A DNA stretch of 64,000 bases, counting the filler, from Lenisia limosa (lineage: Eukaryota; Protista; Breviatea), in assembly GCA_001655205.1 (NCBI GenBank). It is 11 parts of 11 records of this genome, joined end to end, with 100 filler letters (N's around TTAATTAATTAA, not from the genome) between each part and the next. Parts side by side here need not be neighbours in the genome. Positions count along the whole stretch, not along the records: positions 14,345 to 32,292 come from LPNZ01006233.1; positions 32,393 to 36,687 come from LPNZ01006616.1; positions 36,788 to 41,316 come from LPNZ01009086.1; 8 more parts are not named here. One strand, 5' to 3'. The translations under genes were made by a program, and so were the position numbers. Numbering within the stretch: the first letter of the stretch is position 1; the number at the start of each line of letters is the position of its first letter. Under the pieces are notes generated by a model. That model was not told the origin of the DNA, did no database searches, and saw only the letters and a list, made by a program, of their open reading frames with translations. Positions 24,225 to 37,516 of the stretch are shown one piece after another.

Positions 24225-24640
24225 GTTTTGTTTCTTGTTATTGTCTGTTAGGTCTGATTTTAACTATTATTATGTATGGATACTTTTTTAGAACTGAATT
24301 GAGAGACGGTTTCTGAACCAGTAGACTCTTATTTTTTCAACCTAAGAGGCAGTTTTTGCATTTGGTTTTTCCTCCGGTCTTCAACTTATTTTTGTTTTTA
24401 GTAACATCATTGCGGACATTTTTTTACTCTTCTTTGAAATTGAAAATCATTGACAGTATTATNNNNNNNNNNNNNNNNNNNNNNNNNNNNNNNNNNNNNN
24501 NNNNNNNNNTCATTGATACACCCCAAATACTCTAATATACACCCTGACGCTGTTACATAAGAAGACAAGGATTGAAACGGCTAAAAGATTATACATAAAA
24601 GCAAAACAAGAACGACCCCCACCACCACCACTCCAACCTA

Positions 24641-27600
24641 TTATGCAACAAGCTCCTCACGAGATATCAACTCGGAGCGTAGCGCCAACGCTAAACTGTC
24701 CAGGAAGGACTTGAGGGTGAGAGTGTTGTAAATAAAAAAACCAAAGTAGAGTAAGGCAAGATACTCATAACAAACCCAGACATGTAGCAAAAATGAGAAA
24801 TAAATATCCTACCAGAATAGGAACATCACCAGTCATATGCCTGAGTGAATGGGCAATAAAAGGAATCTTTCTCAAAGCCTGAAACATAAGTAAAAACGTC
24901 TCCCCAGGAATGGCAAAAAAAGTTGTTAAATATCAGAGAAAAAAAGACAATTGGTTGTTGATTTCACCCTCCTCACTCTGCCACTCAGCCCTTGGCTCTT
25001 GGAGGCGATTTCATAGAGGCAGGAGGATACTAAAGAAGACGTGGGTTCCGCAGTTGTAACAAACGGAACAGCTTCTCCTGGGAGGATATGTGAGAGTTAA
25101 TAATTATTTTTAAAAATGGGTTCAACCCGAGAGTTCGTCAATTATCATACGAGCGAGGTATCATATCACTGTTTGGATTCAGAAGTGTTTGGAAATGAAC
25201 CAAAAATGATATGAAAAGGAAGAGGAGCTCTTCAGCAGCATAGATTATGCCATTTTCATAAGTAACTGACCATGAACAGCTGCGTCGATATCAAGCCTTG
25301 ATGCTGATAGGGAGGGAAGAAGACTGGAAAAAGTCTGATTGTTATGTAAAGCCTCTGCTGACTCCACATCCAAAAAGTTACACTCAGACACTGGGTGATT
25401 AGTTTGTGGAAAAGACAAAGGGGTGGACGGCTTAGGCCAGATACCATCATATTTCTCATCTAGTAATAATACATACGGTAAACATATCATAGCACATCAT
25501 ATCTCTGATAGTGTTATTCCTGAAAAGGTTTCTTCACACTCACCGATTCCGCATCTTGAAAGATCGTCAATACAACTTCTAAGAATACGGTAGCATCCTG
25601 GTGCAGAAGGCGGACCAATAAAGACCTGGGGAATAAGTTGGGTACAAATGTACATGTATATGTGGGAGTACAAGACACACCTTCAAATCAGCACGATCAA
25701 CAAAAGCAGCATCAATTGCCCCTAGAATGATGAAGAAAAGGGGTATTCCATCAGGATAAGAATAAAAGTAGATGCAGCGCTAACCAGTGATATTTGATGT
25801 GGTCATGATGAGAACATTTGGATAAAGACGAAGCCTGTCCACCTAGATTGTGATGTTGAATATCCATACCCTGATAATTAAACTAAAACACAGGCCTCTA
25901 CCTGAGTCAACAAGGCGTTGACGACGCGCATAGCATCACCAGGCTCGTTGGCATTGCCACCGGATTGCCGCGCTGCCGTGAGGGACTCCACCTCATCTAT
26001 TTGGTTACCAACAGGTACACTGTTAGATATAGAATGAACTCTACTTCCCCAGTATTTCAACACTTTCATCAAAGACAACAATTAACCAAAGCCAACCGAT
26101 CATGACCATAACGAATGTATCAGGATCATCAACAAGATCAGTGATTTTTGAAAACAGCCGTTGAACTAATTTTCCGCTTTCACTAAACCACTTGCTGAAA
26201 AGACTGTGTGCATTCACCTCAACAAGAACGGCACTTGGGAATCTGTCATTGGTAAGCTTCAATCAAAACACTATTTGTTACAGGCGAAATTTCAAATGGA
26301 GCTCCTTTCACCTTGTGCTCAGACGGATTGCAGTTTTGTGAGCAAGGGCTTTGCAAAGGGAGGTTTTACCAGTACCTGGAGGACCGTGCAGTAATACCAC
26401 TCTAAACTGGTGAAACGGACAACAAACTTAACGGCCACACGATTGTTAATATTCGATATGTAAATATTATATTGTTTCGGCATCTCGAGAACTACTTACT
26501 GATAATCAAGGATTCAATTTTTACTAAAAAAAAATAGACCGGTAAAATATCACTTTTATGTATTACTTAGAAATATTTTTTGGAGAGAAATTACTCTAAT
26601 GATAAACAATATCGGAAACAGCATCAATACCTGTTCCACGTAATCAAGTTGCTGTCTACTCCAGCATCAGAGTACAGAAGAGCTGTTCGGGCGTAGTTGA
26701 GGAGTCGCGGTTTGACAGAGCTGTCATAGACAAGACTGTTTGGTAAATTGATGAGAGTGAGGTTTCCAAAATAGGGATGTTAGAAAACAAAGAGTAGCCT
26801 GATATACCTGTCCCAGAGTCCATGGAATTCTCTGCAAGGAAGAGCCCATTGTGAACATGCAGCGACTGAAGCTTCGTCTTCTTCATCTACTGTTTCCTCA
26901 GCAACTCCCTGTATGTTAGTTTAGTGACAACACTAATACTATTAATGGTGATAATCACAACGCAGATCTCCGCTATCGGCAGACAGAAGACCTTTCATTT
27001 TTTTTAAGAGGATATTGAGACAAACCCACCTCATCATGAAGGTGGAAAACAAAAATGGAAAACTTGATGTCTTTTACTGCAACACTTTTGGACTTGACTA
27101 AAAAAAGTAAAGATCAGTGGAAACTCAAAAAGAACTATATGCCTCACTCAAAGAGACAAGACCCCACCAAGAATATCTCAGATCATACCATTATCTGAAG
27201 ACGTGTCGATTGAGAAACAATGAAGCGCCAGGTAGGGCTCAGAAGTAAAGTCAATCCCACCTTCCTGATATATGGCATTGGGACTTGCTGTAGGGTTAAA
27301 AGAAACATGTATGAGTATTGCGTTCATCGTATAGTTGCGATGTTCAGAAGTTCAAAGCATAAGTATTATGGAACCCATATTATAGTGATAAAACCACAAT
27401 TCAACCATCAGTTGCGAACATGAAATAAACTGCTGCACCCGTGCCTTCGTGATATCGCTGGGGGATGTGCTTTCAGGAAGAAGTGCTACTTCAACTAAAA
27501 AAAAAAAAGTGACAGGGGGGATGTGTGTATTATATTCCTGCACAATTCCTGTTAGAATGACTTTAAGCAAAAGGAGCTTTTTAAAAAGGTTTAAACCGAG

Positions 27601-27708
27601 CCAAATACAAACAAAAACATAAAGCAAAAGCAGCCATAACAAAGATGAGGGAGAGAAAAACTGAGAAACACATAATTGCTCTTTCATACCGTTAGCTGTG
27701 AATGCCAT
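24641..27708 (-). CDS. PCH2: Pachytene checkpoint AAA+ ATPase PCH2/TRIP13
   Basis: [93 protein letters not shown]. Confidence 0.96.
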
Positions 27709-28288
27709 TTTCTCACTGATGAAGACTACCGTTGGTTTTTTCTCCCTGTTTGAAGAAGATAGTGAACAGGGGAGAGGAGAGTGGAGCTCCAGAACACGTT
27801 GCTTGACAGACACAAAACGATCTACTGTTTTTTTGCACTTGGAGTTTGGAGCACTCAGTTTTATTTACATGGAGGTGGACAAGTAGAGCAGAATGTTATT
27901 TATTTGTATTTGTTGTCAATTTGTTGTTTCAAAACTCAAAACTCAAAACTCAAAAAAAAAAAAAAATGTTGGTGAACCATAAATCTTGGAGAATAAAAAG
28001 TATATCATATTGTATTATATGCATACCTCTATACACCTCGCAACACGCTACACCACATGGAAGTACACCTCCTAGATGGAAGGCGGCTTAATATGGGGGG
28101 GGGGCATGAGGTATACAGGTTTCATAAGTTTGCCAAGGAGATGATCGAGGAGGGAGATAATAATGCATGGTAAAAATGTGTAAACTACATTAGGCCATTA
28201 CCATATAACTAAGAGACCCAGAACAAAAGACATAGTTAACATAGTCAAGCACTGATAAAAACCTGCACCCAAAACAGAAAAGACAAAA

Positions 28289-29549
28289 TTAGTCAATTCT
28301 CAAATTGAGCCGTGACAGACAAGCAGGCAACGTATGCGCAATGGGATCGTATTTTTCCGCCTTGTTGGCTAGGAGGTCGTATAGAGACACCGCCACGATT
28401 TGGGCGTTTTTGGGGCTGTATAGGTCGAGGTTCTGTGGCAAAGGGCAAAGGAACACGTTGATACTGCAGCGGCAGTCTGACACATGTATCGGTTTATATG
28501 GGAACTGAGGTATAAGAGACAGGAGTGTGTAGAAACTACTAAAAAAGTTGAAAAGAAAAGAGAGAATACTTTTTGTACCAGCCATAAAAACCGACAACAA
28601 TTAAAAAAACAGGCACCCACCGGTCCACTATCAAATGTTGGCTTAAACCATCTGCTTATCAGGGGTCCAATATGCCAACTTTTGCCTTGTGACTGCTGAG
28701 AAATCTGGAGTGTGAATTTGAGTGCTTAATATGGGAGTGAAAATATAATTGTTAAGGTCTACACAACGCTCTTACAATCATAATAAATTGGACTCTCTCT
28801 TTCGTTTTAGGGGAAACGAGTCGTATTGTTAGAAAAATATGTAGGTTTTGTCACAAGACATTATAATGAATCACAGTCTGACCAACTTTCTTGTTAAGTT
28901 TTCGAACAAGGCCTTCTTTCATATCTTCTCCAATTCGTAAGCGACCTCCTGGTAATTCATACCTCTTACCTAACACGTTCAGTTTAATAAGATATATGTA
29001 GTTCAAAGATTAACACCAACTTCCCCACCCTGCCCACCCGTTTTGAGCAATAGTACATGTGGCATCTCATGGACATGAACAAGGAGAATACCTCTGACTT
29101 CCCTTCGTATCCCTGCAATAATAAATGTCAAAACTTCATTTTGCATAAAATAATGCAATGTTGAACGGATGCTTTACCGTAACAACTACAGGATATGTTG
29201 TACTATCCAATCCACATAGTATGGTTGAAAAGAATATGTAGAAATGAGAAACGAGGTAGTCAGGTCGAAGCCTTTTGAACTAATACTAATTAAAATCATA
29301 CGTAGAAATAAAACCTGACAACACTAACTAACCTTGGCTAACAAAAGCTGCTTCTAGACGGTCGATGCGTTCGCACTACCAACTGTCAAAAAGAGCAAAA
29401 GGATAAAAAACCGTTCTCTAGACCCTTCTAAGACTACCTACCTCGGTTTCTTCTTTACCATCGCCACCTTCCTTGAGATGGAATTCATAGTTTTGGAAAT
29501 TGTAGACGGCTATACTGTCCGTGAGCGCAGTCATTGCAGGGAATTCCAT
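28289..29549 (-). CDS. NUDT21: Cleavage factor Im 25 kDa subunit (CFIm25/CPSF5), divergent
   Basis: IAVYNFQNYEFHLKE, GIRREVRGILLVHVHEMPHVLLL, LPGGRLRIGED, RWFKPTF, FPYKPIHV and IVAVSLYDL..LPACLSR are collinear with CFIm25. Confidence 0.85.
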
Positions 29550-30149
29550 TTTGGCAGTCTTATTAGCGTTACCTTTGTTGCCTCTACTTTTTCTTGAATA
29601 GGAGGCTTGATGTACAATTCACAATAATGGAGGATAGAGGGTGGGGATGTTGGCGGATGGTAAGGTGAGTGAAGAAGAAAAAAGTTGGAAAAAAAGGAGC
29701 GAAGAAGGAGTGGAGGTTGGATCAGTTGGAAGGAAGAAAGGGTGGCTGGCACCCGCTTTCGGAAGAAAGGCTAAGATCTCAGTGATCTTAAATTTTGGGG
29801 GGTTGTTTGTTTTTGGCGTTCAGGAGTGCCATTGAGTATGAGAAGTTGCTAGTTGAGTATAAAAACAGAATGTATTTTCTATAAGCCCCGAATTACTGTG
29901 AATCAAATGACAACTGGTATGTATTGGACGGAATAAGCCACTGTTCTATGTTCATGTCTACTATTGTAGAGTATGATTGGCTTTGTGGTACCTGACTCTT
30001 TATCTTCTTGTTGAAATGTAAATTTTTCAATGACGTCAACCATGTGTTGTGAAATGTATATATTTAAAATGCTGTGATGCAAGTAATGGAAATGTTGAAA
30101 ATGAGAGATTCTTGTCTTTGGTTTCTTCCTTTCCGAACACAAACCCTTG

Positions 30150-32161
30150 GGCTTATTTGCTCATTTCCAAGATAGTGCGTCGGCAAATGTTGAGAGCGAT
30201 TCATTCAGACTTCAAAATGACTTGTAAGGATTTTTTCCCGTTAGTTTCATTTCTAGGCAAGGGGTTTACTCCCCCTCCTCAAGCGCTGCGACGTTTTCGA
30301 AAGACTTTCCTCAATTACCACCTATGAGGATGATTTCATCCTTCGTTTCTTCCGAGGTAAGACTGCATTCCGCCTTTTTACTTGTATTAGGTCTCAATGG
30401 AGGTAGTTGGCGGTCCGATGGGAGTTTATAGCCAGGTAGCGGCACCATTCTTGATTCGCCGACCTCCTACTGACGGTTTGTGATTTTTCGGACCAACTGT
30501 AATCTCCCCCAGCCAAGCTCAGCCTTCCGCTATTGACATTAATACTTCAGGAAGTAGAAAACCCGCTATGGTGCAGGCCTTTAAGGTCCGCGCACGTCAC
30601 TCTGCATCCTTGGAGATCTTGGGTCCTCATGAATTGCATTGGACTATACACTCCTTTGGCGAAGGTTGGGTTCTTTCCGATTTAATAATTGTCATTCCTT
30701 GTTTATTTTGCAGATTATCTTCTCGGCTACCTCAGCATTACTGGAACCTATCCAACAGGATCTCAGCTTTTGATTGAGGTATGGTTGTGTTCCGCGGGAG
30801 ACTGTATATCATCCTGTGGGTTGAAATTGTCTTATATTCACCGAGGCTGAAGGGGCTTTTATCTAAATCTTGATGTTTTTTTGTTTGAAACGCCGTGGTC
30901 ATTTGTTAACTCTGAAAGGTCTGCGCGATGAACGGCAATCCTATCATCGACTTGGCACCGAAGCCGTGTCGTGTAAACCACTTTGCATCATTACAGGCTT
31001 GTGCTGTGCGAAGGCTGTCTAAAACGGTTGGAGGATACTTTAGGTGCTTGAAATGCTTGCTTATCACCCTGGTTCAAAGTATTTATTTTTTCTCATTCTC
31101 AGCCTGCATGTGTTTTGTGTTGCAATATAATTTCTCAATCTTGTTCATGACCACTTTCAGCAACCTACAGACCCCTCGTCTCTACGAATGTTACATTGTA
31201 AGCACGAATTTTGAAGAATATCAATCATTTATGTGATCACAGGTCTGCCGATACCGATGGAATGGTCACCAGGTAACTTATCCCCTGCATATGCTCCGCT
31301 GATCCACATGCCCAACCCTGTCCCGGTGCTTGGTCGTCCGGTGAGTGTGATGACAAGACTCTAAATTCTGACTCATTTTTGAATGATTAATTACGTTCCT
31401 CAAATATCAACCGTCTTTTATTGGCCGAAATTGTCTCATCCTCTAAAGGAGGGCTCTGGTGGGACTCTCACCCTGCAACACGCGGTTGACCTTGTCAATG
31501 TTGACCAGTATTGGTCACGACTCAGCAATACAGCCCCCATTCCACACAAATGGGCGGACCACGGTTTCCAGCTTCCGATTTTGGTAGAGCTATGGGGAGC
31601 AGAGGTCAACCCTGGTTTCCGACTGGATAGTTCTCATTTGCAGTTTGAACTCACTGTATGAGGGAAGTTTTTGGGGATTTGCTTGCCTGTTTTTGGAGTA
31701 TTTCTGTTTGATACTGTCTCTTTAACCACGCAGTTGTACCAAAAGGACACGGGTGCTTCGCAAACTTCAGTTGTCCACCCAATCCAGGTCTGACTTGTTT
31801 GAGACTAAATAAGAACGTAGATATATTCTTTCAGTTGGACCGTTATAATCACCACCCAGGTTCAGAATCTCAGAACGCCTCCGCATTCATTAAGCGTTCG
31901 ACTAGACCTTCGCATCGAAAAGCAGCGGGGAACCGAGGTGCTTCTGACAGTTCGTCCGGCTGGTGCTCTCGTCAGCCGTCATATTACTCCCGGTTAGTTC
32001 TTTTTTAAAATAATTTTGTCTCATACATGCTTCATTTAAATATTCAAATTTGTTAAAAAGTCTGCATATTCCTCACCCTTCAGCACAAGGCTCAAGGATC
32101 ATTCTGAACTCTGTTGCCGGCTTCCGAAAACGCAACTTCCCGAGGGACCTCCTACACTGGG
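30150..32161 (+). CDS. Multi-exon hypothetical protein, 3' partial; exon frames not fully resolved
   Basis: Repeated short higher-GC segments flanked by canonical splice sites and separated by 50-150 nt AT-rich introns; no family recognised. Confidence 0.55.
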
Positions 32162-32392
32162 GTAAGAAGGATGCCTCACACCATTATTTCTATGTGACCT
32201 TTTTGACAATATCTTTGTAGTGAAATCAAACGTAACCACGAAATTTATTATTAATAGCAAAATAAATGCTCAATTACCTTTAAATTTCCTTTNNNNNNNN
32301 NNNNNNNNNNNNNNNNNNNNNNNNNNNNNNNNNNNNTTAATTAATTAANNNNNNNNNNNNNNNNNNNNNNNNNNNNNNNNNNNNNNNNNNNN

Positions 32393-35300
32393 GACTGGAA
32401 TCACGTCCGTTCATCAGGGTCGTCAAGGACCCAGGCCGTGACGGCGGCCGAATGCAGCAAACAGTTCATGGTGGGCCTATTCACTGACCACGGGCATGGT
32501 ATAAATCGAGTGGTTTCACTTTGAATTGCGTACGAAATGATGTGTTTTGACTTCTTCGGTTTTCCTTGTAAGAGTTTTTTGATAAAGCTATATTCATTAT
32601 CCATTGCTATATTGAAAGGGAAAAGAGCACCACATCCTGTACACGTTCCTTTGGTAACCCACCAGGCCCTATACACCGAGGTTAACAACGCGATTAAGTC
32701 CTTCATGGAGTTCAGGAACCTCCGCTACCTTGCGGCCAAGCTCAATCGTAGGCCCTCAATCTGGATCCCTACCTATCATATTTCACTTCTTTATTACGGG
32801 TGTACACGCATAACCGCATAACGTGATGTATCAACACACTAGAATTTGGACTTCATCTGTTGACCTTCATAGATCCCATCACCGCTTCCTTGGGCCTGAC
32901 TGAGGAGGAGACCCTTCAATCTTCCCTTGACACTTTCGCCAAGGCCCTCGCAGCGTTCCCCTTGGTATGCTAATGACGTTCTGATTATTCCTTTGCGCGT
33001 TTTGTTAGATAAATACCTTTGTCACTTCTACGTATCCTATATGATTTTATTTATAAATAACGAGGCGACACTGACACTTTAGTTCGAGGACTTGACCTCT
33101 CCTGTGACCCTTGTGGTTTTCCAGCTTAAACACGGGCTAAAATTGCTGTCGCTCGCAGCGCACAGGTTAGCTATCCTAAGGAGTTCTAAAACAGAACTTG
33201 GGGAGGGGGGGCTATCAATAGGGTTGCATCCTTTTTATCTTCACTCCTCCCACCTTAAGCCTTTTTGTTNNNNNNNNNNNNNNNNNNNNNNNNNNNNNNN
33301 NNNNNNNNNNNNNNNNNNNNNNNNNNNNNNNNNNNNNNNNNNNNNNNNNNNAGCAATGCGCCCGAGGCCCCCAAAACGCTGAATGTAGTGACCGTGGAGG
33401 AGCACCATGACGTTGACGTGTCTAATAAGAAGTCCGATATCAGCGCCGCAGTAAGGGGTGTCTGTTGCCTCCTTAATCCACTGTTTCCATTCGCAGTCAG
33501 TCCAAAATGACACAATGCCAATCTCCCTCTCACTCCATAGACCCAGGTGCTCAGAGCGTCAATGGTGTCACTTATGAGTTTCCCCTCAATCACGTCTCCA
33601 AAAACACTGGCGGCCTCGTTCACAAAGTGGGGGATGACTGAGGTCATGTGATTATTTGCAAAGTTAATTATTAGTTATATCCTTCCTTAGTTTTTACGTA
33701 AGAGTTATTTTTGTCCATTTTTTTGTCACATTATCCCCCCCCCAGGATTATCGGCCCCCACGTGCTGTCTGCAATGGCGCTCAGCGCCGAATCCGCCGTG
33801 CAACGCAGAGGCATGCCAAACATTACAACTAATGTAAGTGAAGACCTGCTCTCTTATCTGCGGTGTTTATTTCTATTCCCGTCACCCCCCCCCCCANNNN
33901 NNNNNNNNNNNNNNNNNNNNNNNNNNNNNNNNNNNNNNNNNNNNNNNNNNNNNNNNNNNNNNNNNNNNNNNNNNNTGTGTCAGCTGCCACCACTCCCGAG
34001 GCTTCTGTGGTCCAGGCTGCTGGGTGCTCGCTGAACCCTCAGGGTGGGGGTTGTTCAATGTCAATGTTCGGCTTATGAATGGCAGAACTTTTTTTCGGTT
34101 GTAACTGCAGCGTCGTCTGTTTTACTGCCTAGTTCTCTTGGAAAGCTTCGAGGCCATTGTTGATGCGTGGCACTCGTGGAACGAGACTAAGAAGGAGCGT
34201 GATCGTTTGGTCGGCGCGGGATGTCACTTTGATATCATCGTCTCTTGCTCTTAATAGTTCCATACCAACACTCTATTCCGAACTGTTTCCTCGTAAAGCT
34301 GATGTGTGACTTGTGGACGCTCCGATAGCTTCAGACTTTGTTTTCAATTTCACCTGTATAATCCGTAAATGAATACTACAACAATGCAAAATATGATTTT
34401 TGAAAAGTAGTTCTGCTGAGTCATTACCATGCATGTTGGCAAGTGTGGATGATGTCGTCCTCATGCCTTTAGAACGCGCAAACCTTTAAGTACAAGACTA
34501 AGGAGCACGAGGGGAAGACGGACGACCAGCGGGAGGAGGAGAACCTGCGAGCTGAGTTCCCCGACTACTCCGATGAGTTTGCCGACCTCGCGAAGGACCT
34601 TGATGACATTGACGATGAGGATGTGGAGGCCGAGGAGGAAGGTATGCAGGACTGATTCGGCAATACTCTGTGCGCGGTCCCATTTCGATTTTTCTTATTT
34701 ACATAAATTTATCATAATATGTATGTACATTCGCCTTGATACCTGTTTTTTTAATATTGGTTCACGAAACTTTCATTTTGGCATAATTGGAAAGATACAC
34801 ATCGCGCGGTTTAATTCTGACATTTCAGCTCCGGCCGCGGTGGAAGAAGAAGATGACTCTCACCTGCCGATCCCCAAAATCCGTGAATTGACTGACCATG
34901 AGCTAATCCAATGTCTCGAGCTCCATGCCGGCGTCTTTGGCACTGTAGGGGGCTTTTTGCTTGTTGGGGAAAGTGATAGACACATAATGGCACCTGACGA
35001 TATAGGCCGCCACTGTACCCGTGTCGGACGACAGTGTCATTGCCACGTTTGACCTGAAACTGATGAGCGCCAGCGCCATATCGGAGCGTATCTTAGAGTA
35101 TGTTGGAATGCTTTGTTCGCCTCTATTGCAGTAGTCTTTGTTCCAACCCCCCAACCCCAGGTTTTTGTTACATCTATTGTCCCTGACCCCCCAGGAAGCA
35201 ACCTCTCGGTGGTCTTGACGGCAGCGCCATGGATGGCCAACTGAGCGCCGGCTCCACTTTGGCAATGGCACGCACGCACAGTCGCCTTGCTGCAGGTGCT

Positions 35301-36590
35301 GTGGCGGCTGAAGTGGTGGNNNNNNNNNNNNNNNNNNNNNNNNNNNNNNNNNNNNNNNNNNNNNNNNNNNNNNNNNNNNNNNNNNNNNNNNNNNNNNNNN
35401 NNNNNNNNNNNCAATATTGCTGAGTTCCCACCTTCCAATTCCATACAATATAAGATTCTTTGATTGTCGCAATGAAACGTCCTTACAAAATCCCCCTTAA
35501 GGACTCAATGCCCGAGGAGGCTCGTGTCATTGAAGGCCCCGTCAGAGCCACCGCAAGACGAGTCAAGGAGCTACTCATCATGTACCCTGGTCATGCGGTG
35601 CTCCAAGTTGGGGGAATTATTTGCGATATTCTTTGAGAACCTTCTTTCCTTTCCTTCTTCTTTCCTTCTTCCTTCTTTCCTTCTTGCCTTCTTTCCTTCT
35701 TTCCTTCTTTCCTTCTTTCCTTCTTTCCTTCTTTCCTTCTTTCCTTCTTTCCTTCTTGCCTTCTTTCCTTCTTTGCAGTAACCTTCTTTGCAGCTTTTGC
35801 TTAAGATCTGCGCACGTCTCCTGGGACTGTCCATTTCAAGCCCAGTTGCAATGCACTTGCAAGGTGTCGAGCTTCTACTGAGTCGAATTGACCAATGGCA
35901 GGAGTACGCTGCTAAGGTGGGGGGGGGGGTGNNNNNNNNNNNNNNNNNNNNNNNNNNNNNNNNNNNNNNNNNNNNNNNNNNNNNNNNNNNNNNNNNNNNN
36001 NNNNNNNNNNNNNNNNNNNNNNNNNNNNNNNNNNNNNNNNNNNNNNNNNNNNNNNNNNAGTTCGTGAGCCTTGCCCCCGAAATGGAGGGTCTCAAGAAGG
36101 TCGTCACGAGGTGGAGGCGTCTTGAAGTAAGGGGCCCTTTCATGATTTGTTTCGTCTTTTCGCTATACCCCTCTGGTTGGCCTTTGCTGTGTCACCAATA
36201 CTCCCTAACCTTACAGCTGACGTCATGGTCGACAAGTCTCGATCGCACGCAGCAGCTCCTTGGTGCCGCCGCCGGACGGTGGTGGATGCACATGTGGCGC
36301 GTCCTCATTGACGCGGAGGAACTGTGGGGGGTGAAAGAGTTATGGCGGTAAACGTAGAACATAATTGTCTGGGATAGGAACTTGTGTGAGTTCTATTGAT
36401 GTGATATGATAGCCTCTTACAGTTGCCGCATTCACCCTGCAGGCNNNNNNNNNNNNNNNNNNNNNNNNNNNNNNNNNNNNNNNNNNNNNNNNNNNNNNNN
36501 NNCAGCTTAACCTCGGACTTCCTTCGACTTTCCCCCGTGGCCGAGTTTGAAACCCGCCTTCTCATCTGCAAAACCTTCAGCGCTCACGTG
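32393..36590 (+). CDS. MDN1: Midasin (Rea1) linker region, internal fragment
   Basis: LRAEFPDYSDEFADL; DSMPEEARVIEGPV..RVKELLIMYPGHAVL; RLLGLSISSPVAMHLQGVELLLSRIDQWQEYA; WRRLELTSW; SPVAEFETRL. Confidence 0.9.
35645..35772. repeat. (TTCCTTCT)n pyrimidine satellite in a midasin intron
   Basis: Direct 8-mer reiteration visible in the sequence. Confidence 0.95.
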
Positions 36591-36897
36591 GGGGGTCATG
36601 AAACTGAATATTATTCAATGCAGAAGGGGCTGTCACAATTCAATATCCCTTCTAAACAGTTATTTTATACGTGATATATTATGATATNNNNNNNNNNNNN
36701 NNNNNNNNNNNNNNNNNNNNNNNNNNNNNNNTTAATTAATTAANNNNNNNNNNNNNNNNNNNNNNNNNNNNNNNNNNNNNNNNNNNNTTTTTTATAATTT
36801 TTATTTCATTGATTTTCCGCTTTCCACCCCCAGAAAGACAAGATTAGCATCTTTACACCATTATTCTTCATCGAAATTTCCTTCGTTTCACCCCCCA

Positions 36898-37516
36898 GGA
36901 AGAAGAAGGACAAGAAGAAGGGAGGCCGCGTGGGACCCTTCAAATACAGCCATGTGCAACTGGAGAAGGATGGAATTATTAGTGGGNNNNNNNNNNNNNN
37001 NNNNNNNNNNNNNNNNNNNNNNNNNNNNNNNNNNNNNNNNNNNNNNNNNNNNNNNNNNNNNNNNNNNNNNNNNNNNNNNNNNNNNNNNNNNNNNNNNNNN
37101 NNNNNNNNNNNNNNNNNNNNNNNNNNNNNNNNNNNNNNNNNNNNNNNNNNNNNNNNNNNNNNNNNNNNNNNNNNNNNNNNNNNNNNNNNNNNNNNNNTTT
37201 TATCTTATTTTTACTAATAAATCAGCTTTCACTGAGGTGCCCGACGACAAGAAAAGCTCAATATTCTTCAACTTCCTCTCCGATGAACCTGGAGTCTTCA
37301 TTTGGCAACTTCTATATAAGGGAAGAGCCAAGGTAAGCCCCACTACTCCCCGTTTTGGAAAATGAGATGATGACTGGTGGCCAACCTTCCTTCCTAATAA
37401 GGCAAGTTATCACTGTTTTCTAGCCCGTTATGGAAGGTTCCATGCGGCTGGACGACCTTCTCGAGAGACAACACAACTCTCAACTCGTCTTTGAGACCGA
37501 ATCCATCCATTTCAAG
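36898..37516 (+). CDS. RasGAP (Sar1/Gap1, IQGAP-related) C-terminal domain, fragment
   Basis: GPFKYSHVQLEKDGII, EVPDDKKSSIFFNFLSDEPGVF and LDDLLERQHNSQLVFET match the RasGAP_C region. Confidence 0.88.

Noticed and set aside
30320-30357. EDDFILRFFR resembling a CRAL-TRIO/SEC14 N-terminus
   Set aside because: The downstream exons show no SEC14 domain and this frame cannot be spliced consistently
35571-35881. Long ORFs rich in K/E/R or F/L/S
   Set aside because: They are translations of the (TTCCTTCT)n satellite in an intron
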